Positions 44,775 to 51,408 of a stretch of DNA of 64,000 nt are shown here, one piece after another. Origin of the DNA: Magnetococcales bacterium (GTDB lineage: Bacteria; Pseudomonadota; Magnetococcia; Magnetococcales; JADFWU01); contig JADFWU010000015.1 of the NCBI GenBank assembly GCA_015234045.1, positions 1,521-65,520 of the forward strand. The letters are read 5' to 3'. The number at the start of each line of letters is the position of its first letter. Position 1 is the first letter of the stretch. The notes under the pieces are model-generated. The model searched no databases and was not told the origin of the DNA. It was given only the letters and a program-made list of their open reading frames with translations. Both the position numbers and the translations under genes were made by a program.

Positions 44775-46792
44775 GAGTCAGAAGGAGTAGGCCGCTTTAT
44801 TCTCTCTCTGTTGTGATCTCTATGCTGATGATCATGGTGACCCCGCTTGCTTCGTTTGGTCAGACAGTATCACTGGTCAAGCATAATCTTAAGAGTGATG
44901 CTGTTTATTTTGAGGATGTCGGACAGTATCTCGAAGCGCTTGTCGCTTATGATCATATGTACCGATTCAATGAAGTGCCTGAAAAAAAAGTCCGAGCGTT
45001 GATGGAACGTGCCCGAATATTGGCTGTTTATCTGGATGCTCCTGAGGCCTCGCGCAAGGTGTATCAGAAGATTCGCCGGGAATTTCCTTCTCGCGCTGGT
45101 CAAGCTTGGTACGCTGAAGGACGGTTATTGGTCGAAATGGAGCGCTGGAATGACGCGCAGACACTGTTGAGTGAATATCGCAAGCAGTTGCCAAATGATC
45201 TCTATGCGTTTCATGCTCAATATTTAATGACTGTTGCTGAACAACGGCGAAGCAAAGCCAATAATACACCGGTAACTGGCGTTGTATCGAACAACGCACC
45301 ATCCTCAGAACAGAAGCCGGAAAAACAGTCTGTAGATGCATCTAAAAAAAAGACCACTGACGAACCGATTTCTCAACAAACCAAGACCCCGATAGAAAAC
45401 AGCAAAGAGGCAGTCAAACAGCAAGAGACCATTACGGAAAAAGCTGTAATTATCCCACCGGATATCGATTCGGTGTCGGACGGTGATGCTCTTGTAGAAA
45501 GCGGTTTACCGGATATTGATTCAGTACCGGATGATGTGCCATTACCCATTCCGTTGCCCAAAAGGCGTTTACCACATGTTCAGCCAAACAGTGATGTGAT
45601 TGTTCCATCCGTTCCTACGGATGCAGCCGCCAAAGAAGGTGCTGGTGGTCCAGCAGTGAAGGACCAGAAAGCTTTTTACTATCAAATGTCCGAGGTTGAA
45701 GAGCCTACTGTACGCATACTCCTGCTTCGAAAATCACCACTGCTTCAGTTAGTAGCAAAAGGGCTGCAATTTTATCAAAATGGTGAATTAGTTTGGCAAG
45801 GCACCCAGGCGGTTGTCAAAGTCATTCATGGTCGGCTGGTTTTGACTGGAGGTTGGCAGTATCCCAATGAACCAGCGCCAGCTTGGGCAGGCCCTATTCA
45901 GGTAAAAGCTGAGGAACCGATCCGTGTGGTCAGTGGTTCCGGTAATAGAAAAAGTGTGCGTGGTACAGTGTGGTTGGCGGTCCGTGATGAGCGGATACGA
46001 GTGATCAATCATGTGGGTATCGAATCCTATCTACGCGGTGTCATGCCGGTATCCTCTCAAGGCAGCTGGCCTGCTGAGGCATTGAAAGCACAAGCCATAG
46101 CGGCTCGGACATTTGCTTACTTTCAAATTCGTCACCGTATCCACCTGGAATATGATATGGTGGATCAGCATGGAGAACAGGGATATGGCGGTGTCGGACG
46201 TGAAGTTGCGCCCGCTGATGCGGCTGTAGCGGAAACACGCGGGCGTATTCTTGTGTTGACTCAAGGTGTGGGTGCTGGCATGCCCATCTACGCGAAATCG
46301 ACCACCAATAATGGTGGTCGCAGTGCAGACTCTGGTGACCTATTCACCTTTTCGTTGCCCTATCTGGTTTTTCAGAACGATCCCTGGAGCGAAAAAGGTA
46401 AAATGGTTTCATGGCAACGCAGATATGCCCTGGCGGATGTCGGACAATATCTGGTCAATAGAGGTGTTGTCGGAGCTGAAGAATTGGTTGGATTCAGAAG
46501 TGATCGTGTCAGCCGTTCAGGGAGAATGTTGACTGCCACTGCCGTGATGAAAGGTAGAAAAACAACCGTGCCGACTCAGTTTTTCCTGATGGGAGATTTG
46601 AAATTACCCAGCATGTTGACCACTGTGCAAGATAAGGGTGAATATGTTGTGTTCCAAGGTTATGGTTTTGGTCATGGGCTTGGTTACTCGAAGTGGGGCG
46701 GTGTTGTGATGGCCAAGGTACTTAAAAGCGTTTTTGGTCGTATCCTGGCATTTTATTATCCTGGCACATCGTTGGCTCAAGCATGGCACTAG
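44771..46792 (+). CDS. secreted TPR + Pro/acidic linker + SpoIID/LytB-domain protein (cluster gene I)
   Basis: The GTG at 44771 overlaps the H stop (GTGA); an alternative ATG lies at 44735. The signal is ...VVISMLMIMVTPLASFG|Q. The SpoIID signature is IESYLRGVMPVSSQGSWPAEALKAQAIAARTFAY. A tandem PDIDSV(S/P)D repeat lies in the linker. Confidence 0.68.
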   Translation: MRVRRSRPLYSLSVVISMLMIMVTPLASFGQTVSLVKHNLKSDAVYFEDVGQYLEALVAYDHMYRFNEVPEKKVRALMERARILAVYLDAPEASRKVYQKIRREFPSRAGQAWYAEGRLLVEMERWNDAQTLLSEYRKQLPNDLYAFHAQYLMTVAEQRRSKANNTPVTGVVSNNAPSSEQKPEKQSVDASKKKTTDEPISQQTKTPIENSKEAVKQQETITEKAVIIPPDIDSVSDGDALVESGLPDIDSVPDDVPLPIPLPKRRLPHVQPNSDVIVPSVPTDAAAKEGAGGPAVKDQKAFYYQMSEVEEPTVRILLLRKSPLLQLVAKGLQFYQNGELVWQGTQAVVKVIHGRLVLTGGWQYPNEPAPAWAGPIQVKAEEPIRVVSGSGNRKSVRGTVWLAVRDERIRVINHVGIESYLRGVMPVSSQGSWPAEALKAQAIAARTFAYFQIRHRIHLEYDMVDQHGEQGYGGVGREVAPADAAVAETRGRILVLTQGVGAGMPIYAKSTTNNGGRSADSGDLFTFSLPYLVFQNDPWSEKGKMVSWQRRYALADVGQYLVNRGVVGAEELVGFRSDRVSRSGRMLTATAVMKGRKTTVPTQFFLMGDLKLPSMLTTVQDKGEYVVFQGYGFGHGLGYSKWGGVVMAKVLKSVFGRILAFYYPGTSLAQAWH

Positions 46793-46877
46793 CCGTGAGT
46801 TACTGATTGATTTTGTTTTATATGTTTACTCGACCGTTTCCACAGGGGAGCAGACGGTTATTAGGGAGGAATTGCCC

Positions 46878-48779
46878 ATGAAGAAGTCTATTTTTTTTAG
46901 AAAGCCACAGATTTGGCTATTGGGTGGTCTGGTTGTGACAGCCCTTTTAACCGGCTGTGTTGCAGCGACCAAGACCGCCGTCGTCGGTGGTCCGGCTTTT
47001 ACCACCAATATTGGTGAGACCGAATCGTCTGTAGATCGGGCGGGTCTACCCGCAACAGTAGCCTTTCTGCCCTTTGTCAATGGTACCGATGCTGATCGGG
47101 CTTTTGAGATTGTACGTCGTACGATGTCCAGTCATTTTTCAGGCAAGAACTATCGGATGATGCATATTCGGGAAGTGGATCGCCGTCTGAGAGCTGCCAA
47201 GTTGACAGATCCTGCTGAAATTGCCAAGAGACCAGCACATGAAATTGCCGGTATTCTGGGTGTCGATGGTTTGATGTATGGCACAATCACCCATTATGAC
47301 AAGCTGTTTTTGCTCACCTATGCACAAGTGGCTGTGGGTGTGGAAATGCGTTTGGTAAATCTGAAAGGTAAAGAAATCTGGAATGGCAATCAGGTAAGCC
47401 GGAAGCATGAGGGCGGTGTGGCTACCACACCGGTGGGCTTGATTCTCAATGCTGCTTTTGCGGCTTGGCACATCAAGGATGATGCCAATCTGTTCCGTGC
47501 GGCTGATGAGTTGGGCCGTGAACTGATGGGTACTATTCCAGAACCAAAAGCGATTGCCGGTGCTAAGCGTCCGCGTATCATGCAGGTTGTTCATGATGGA
47601 ATGGGCAAAATCCTCAAGTTTGGTGATTCTCTTTCTATAGCAGTTGAGGCTGAGCCGGGTCTTAAAGCTGCTTATGCTCGTGTGGATGGTCTGGGTTTGG
47701 TTGATCTGGTAGAAACGGAAAAGGGCTTCTACACAGCTAAAGTAGATATCAAGCCCAAGGATAATGTAAAGGCAGCCGCTGTTGTGGCTGTGGTTGAAAA
47801 TGAAGAAGGCACTATGGTTGAACGTGTTTCACCGCTTGGCGTGGTGAATGTAGACAATATTCCACCAGAGCCAGTGACCGAGTTGAAAGTAGAAGGTAGA
47901 GATGATGGCTTGGTAGTCAGCTGGACATCGTCAAAATCGGAAGATCTCAAAGAGTATAAGATCGGTATCTCCGATGTGCCTCAAGGACCATTTGCTGAGT
48001 TGGCTAAAATCGGTGAAAGTCGCTATACCCATAAATCACCCAATTTCAAAGTTGTTCATGTTGAAGTGATTCCCGTAGATCAGGCAGGTAATGTGGGACA
48101 AGCGGTTACTGTCGCTGGTCGTGCTGTACCTGATCCACGATTTGATACGGCTGCGTTGTTGCCGCGTATCGTGCCTGCTCGTATTACCGCTACTTCAGTT
48201 ATGACTCGGGAAAACAGTCCCTATACCATCAATGCGCCTGTTGAATTGGCCAATACTGGTGTATTGCTGATCGAGCCAGGTGTTGCCATCCATTTGGAGC
48301 GTAAAACCGGTATCACAGTGCAAGGTGAGTTGCAGATATTTGGTACGCAGACCACACCGGTTACTGTGGCTGGTGTGAATAACGGCTCATATACCACCTT
48401 TTTGCGTCTGGACAGTACATTGCCGGTATCTATTCGTGGTTTGAGAAGTTCCGGTGGTGATCTGCCTATTGTCATTACCGCTGGTGCGCCGATGATTCTG
48501 GACAGTCAGCTACTCAACAACACATACAGTGCGTTGGAAATCGGTGGCAGTAGTCGTCCGGTGATCCGTGGTTGCGAGATTCGTGGTAGCAACGCGGCTG
48601 GTGTAGTTGTGAAAGAGCAGGCTCAGCCGCAGTTTACCGGTAATAACTTTGCTGAAAATAGCCCGTTTCATATCCAAAGCAGTTCACCCTATAAGCTGAA
48701 TGCCCGTGACAACAGTTGGACACCAAAAGCAACCAACATCACTGTGCTTGGCAATGTGGACTTCAAACAATCCAAGTAA
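46878..48779 (+). CDS. lipoprotein: DUF799/GNA1162-like N-domain + Ig/FN3-like domains + right-handed beta-helix (cluster gene J)
   Basis: The GGGAGGA RBS is present. The lipobox is ALLTGC|VAAT. VAFLPFVNGTD...EIAGILGVDGLMYGTITHYDKLFLLTYAQVAVGVEMRLVNLKGKEIWNG is collinear with the GNA1162 family. An FN3-like stretch runs PPEPVTELKVEGRDDGLVVSWTSSKSEDLKEYKI. PbH1-like repeats run ...IRGCEIRGSNAAGVVVKEQAQPQFTGNNF. Confidence 0.65.
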   Translation: MKKSIFFRKPQIWLLGGLVVTALLTGCVAATKTAVVGGPAFTTNIGETESSVDRAGLPATVAFLPFVNGTDADRAFEIVRRTMSSHFSGKNYRMMHIREVDRRLRAAKLTDPAEIAKRPAHEIAGILGVDGLMYGTITHYDKLFLLTYAQVAVGVEMRLVNLKGKEIWNGNQVSRKHEGGVATTPVGLILNAAFAAWHIKDDANLFRAADELGRELMGTIPEPKAIAGAKRPRIMQVVHDGMGKILKFGDSLSIAVEAEPGLKAAYARVDGLGLVDLVETEKGFYTAKVDIKPKDNVKAAAVVAVVENEEGTMVERVSPLGVVNVDNIPPEPVTELKVEGRDDGLVVSWTSSKSEDLKEYKIGISDVPQGPFAELAKIGESRYTHKSPNFKVVHVEVIPVDQAGNVGQAVTVAGRAVPDPRFDTAALLPRIVPARITATSVMTRENSPYTINAPVELANTGVLLIEPGVAIHLERKTGITVQGELQIFGTQTTPVTVAGVNNGSYTTFLRLDSTLPVSIRGLRSSGGDLPIVITAGAPMILDSQLLNNTYSALEIGGSSRPVIRGCEIRGSNAAGVVVKEQAQPQFTGNNFAENSPFHIQSSSPYKLNARDNSWTPKATNITVLGNVDFKQSK

Positions 48780-48820
48780 ACAGGCGTGCTTTTCACGGTT
48801 AAGTTTAGAGGGAGACGGTC

Positions 48821-49840
48821 ATGAGTGACCATACGGGATTAATAAAGAAAATTCTATCTGTCAGCACTCTGGTACTGATGACGGCTCTGCCGGTAACCGG
48901 TTGGAGTCAGGGACCGGGCGAAGTGGTGGAGTGGAGTGGTTCAGCGGGTGCAGTAAACTGGACACGTGGCCGTGTGATGGCTGAAGGTAACGGCATGGGC
49001 AAGCGCAAAGGCCCGTCTCGGCTTGTGGCTGCTCAGGCGTGTCGTGCTGCGGTTGTGGATGCACAGCGTAATTTGTTGGAGACGGTCAAAGGTGTTCGTG
49101 TCGAGGGTGAAACTGTTGTCGAAAATATGATGCTCACCAGCGATGTGATTAAGTCATCAGTCAGCGGTGTGGTGCGTGGTGCGGTGGTTAAAAATCGGGA
49201 AGTGTTCCCTGATGAAGGGGCCTGTACCGTGACCATGGAAATGCCGATGGAAGGCTCTTTTGCTTCTGGAATTTTTCAGAACATGCCCGATTCGCCTCAA
49301 GCCAATATGCGACCTGGAATATCGGACTGGAAACAGTGGGTAAGCTATGGACTGGATTGGTTGATTCGCCCAGCCCATGCCGCATCATCGGTTGGTGCGC
49401 CGTGGCAGAGCCAGATGAATCAGCTTATGGAGCGCTTGGAACGGTTGGAAAAAGTTGTACAAGCCCAGGCAGCAGGTAATCAGTCCAAACAGAAACGCAG
49501 TGGCAGTCCTACCGGATTGGTGATTGATGCACGTGGGACAAACTTTATTCCCAGCTTGTCGCCTAAAGTCCGCCAATTACGTGCTGGTATTCTCTACCCG
49601 ACCCCAAGAAAACGCGAACAACAGCGTCAGGGTGAACTGGTTTCTCTGTTTATGAAAGACTTGGTTCTAGCACAGAATCATCCACGAGTTGGTGATCGGC
49701 CTTTGGTACTCAAAGGACTCAAGACTTGGGGCAAGTATCGCACTGAAATTGTCTTGGGAACTGACTCCTCAAAAGAGTTGACTGCACTGATTCAAAAAAA
49801 TTTCCTTGCTGAAGCCGGTGTGATTATCGTTCTGGATTGA
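48821..49840 (+). CDS. secreted LPP20/FlgP-like protein (cluster gene K, paralog of G)
   Basis: The signal is ...LVLMTALPVTGWS|Q. RLVAAQACRAAVVDAQRNLLETVKGVRVEGETVVENMMLTSDVIKSSVSGVVRGA is present. The C-domain GLVIDARGTNFIPSL is collinear with G. Confidence 0.62.
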   Translation: MSDHTGLIKKILSVSTLVLMTALPVTGWSQGPGEVVEWSGSAGAVNWTRGRVMAEGNGMGKRKGPSRLVAAQACRAAVVDAQRNLLETVKGVRVEGETVVENMMLTSDVIKSSVSGVVRGAVVKNREVFPDEGACTVTMEMPMEGSFASGIFQNMPDSPQANMRPGISDWKQWVSYGLDWLIRPAHAASSVGAPWQSQMNQLMERLERLEKVVQAQAAGNQSKQKRSGSPTGLVIDARGTNFIPSLSPKVRQLRAGILYPTPRKREQQRQGELVSLFMKDLVLAQNHPRVGDRPLVLKGLKTWGKYRTEIVLGTDSSKELTALIQKNFLAEAGVIIVLD

Positions 49841-50579
49841 CTCTGTTCTGTTGCGCTTTGAAGTGTAATGGTGTTGTTAAATTATAACGATCGGCCAGTT
49901 TGATTGCCCGCCTGGAATAGGTACGGGCTGTATCAGACTGGCCTTTTTTTTTGGCTTCTTTGGAGAGTGTAATATAGCGATCAACAGTGTGTTCCAGTAT
50001 CTGTTTAATCCGAGTCCGTAGTTGTGGATGATCGGGTGCATAGTTGCGGACTTGTTTAAGGTAATAGAGCACATTATGTTGGCTAGGGCGGGAAAGCCGA
50101 TCATTGGCCAGGGCATCTTCCGCTTTGGCGAGAAGCGTATTGACTATCGTTATCACATCCTGAGATTTGTCAATCAGTTCTCCACGCGCTTTATGTTCTG
50201 GTTCCCCTTTTTCCTGATGGCTCTGACCCGAGTAATTGGCCTGTTGATGTTCTGCTTCAATCACAGAGCGCTGAGCTTTTTTGACTTGGTTTCGGGCGTA
50301 TTCAAAAACCTTTCTGGCACGGGCATAGTTGGCTTGTTCCTGATCAATGGGAACCGAAGGATCAAGTAGTGTCAGGGATTGTTTTTGTTTCAGTAACGCT
50401 GTGGCTTCGTTGAGAGTCTGTTTATGGATGGCAAGTTCTTTTTCTGCGGCGGCAAGTGCATTACGAGCCAGTTGCATGGTGAGTTGAGCGTTATCCGATG
50501 CTATGGTGACTGTTGGGATCAATAAAAGAAATCCATGAAGAAGTGCCAGCAGCATCAAGGATGGTGTGATCAGTCTCAT
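49824..50579 (-). CDS. secreted coiled-coil/helical-repeat protein, unknown family (cluster gene L, convergent)
   Basis: The ATG at 50579 follows AAGGAG. The signal is MRLITPSLMLLALLHGFLLLIPTVTIA|SD. A TPR-like motif DRLSRPSQHNVLYYLKQVRNYAPDHPQL is present. Its 3' end overlaps gene K by 17 nt. Confidence 0.55.
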   Translation of the reverse strand: MRLITPSLMLLALLHGFLLLIPTVTIASDNAQLTMQLARNALAAAEKELAIHKQTLNEATALLKQKQSLTLLDPSVPIDQEQANYARARKVFEYARNQVKKAQRSVIEAEHQQANYSGQSHQEKGEPEHKARGELIDKSQDVITIVNTLLAKAEDALANDRLSRPSQHNVLYYLKQVRNYAPDHPQLRTRIKQILEHTVDRYITLSKEAKKKGQSDTARTYSRRAIKLADRYNLTTPLHFKAQQNRVNPER

Positions 50580-50716
50580 GGTTGCTCCTTTTCCGATACA
50601 TGTCGGTAGAGCCTTTAAGGATAACGGATCTATAAAAATCAGGCAAATGGTCAATATGATGGATGTTTGTTTGCCTCTTTTCTTGTGTCGAATCAGTACT
50701 AAAGATATAGTGTCCC

Positions 50717-51229
50717 ATGCAAACTATTCTTCTTATTGATGAGATGCGTTACGGCATGGCAGAGCTTGCTTCCATGCGTAATCTGGTAGCAGCGTTATTT
50801 CGTTTGGAAAAAAGCCAAAGTCCGAGGGAAATTCGAGAGGTTTTGGGATATTTGATTGACTGGTTAAAGGCTCCTGAACAGCAGAGTCTTCGTCGTGCTT
50901 TTACAGTGATGCTTGGCCGGGTTTTGCTGCCTAGAAAAGTGCCAGGGCAAACAATTCCGGAGTTGAACAATTTGCAGGAGGTAGATGCTATGTTAGCCGA
51001 AACAGTCCAAGAGTGGACACAGCAATGGAAACAAGAGGGGCGGCAAGAAGGTCGGCAAGAAGGTCGGCTTGAGGGTGAGGCTTATTTCCTTCTTCGGCTC
51101 CTTACTCGCCGTTTTGGGCCTTTGCCTGAATGGGTTTCAGAAAGGGTCAATAATGCAGATCAAAGTTTATTGGAGTTGTGGAGTGACCGGGTACTTGATG
51201 CAGAGATATTAAAAGAGATATTTGAGTAA
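50717..51229 (+). pseudogene. 5'-truncated Rpn-family (YhgA-like putative transposase) remnant retaining the DUF4351-type C-terminus
   Basis: The C-terminal EWTQQWKQEGRQEGRQEGRLEGEAYFLLRLLTRRFGPLPEWVSERV......LELW..RVLDA is the DUF4351 pattern. The expected ~150-aa N-terminal PD-(D/E)XK nuclease half is absent. Confidence 0.55.
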
Positions 51230-51271
51230 AATCTGAAAATGTCTTCTATGACCTTGAGTCCGTGAGAATCA

Positions 51272-51324
51272 GCTGAGGTGCCAAGTTGTGATTCATTGTC
51301 CAATTTTGGAACGAAATCACCATA
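51272..51324 (+). mobile_element. R1 repeat, partial copy 4 (right-end fragment), right edge of the accessory segment
   Basis: AAGTTGTGATTCATTGTCCAATTTTGGAACGAAATCACCATA aligns with the last ~45 nt of copies 1-3 (e.g. AGGTTGTGGTTCATTGTCTAATTTCGGATCGAAATCACTATA). Confidence 0.5.
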
Positions 51325-51344
51325 ATCCATTTTTATTGGGAGTG

Positions 51345-51389
51345 GTGCAAAAAAAACGGTCTGGAAATTCCAGACCGTTTTTTTTGCAC
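51345..51389. terminator. bidirectional rho-independent terminator (perfect 20-bp inverted repeat) downstream of lon
   Basis: GTGCAAAAAAAACGGTCTGG-aaatt-CCAGACCGTTTTTTTTGCAC. Confidence 0.85.
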
Positions 51390-51408
51390 TGTGCTATTGG
51401 TTTGATAA

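Noticed and set aside
33561-50579. Calling the cluster a curli (type VIII) secretion locus, or a flagellar locus.
   Set aside because: For curli, there are no CsgA/CsgB-like Q/N-rich repeat subunits and no CsgE/CsgF-size partners. For flagella, there are no flg/fli/flh/mot genes in the window. Only individual domains resemble components of those systems.
30267-51324. Calling the segment a bona fide genomic island or prophage.
   Set aside because: I found no integrase, tRNA attachment site, direct att repeats or phage structural genes. Only remnants and repeats are present, so it is reported as accessory-looking with inferred borders.
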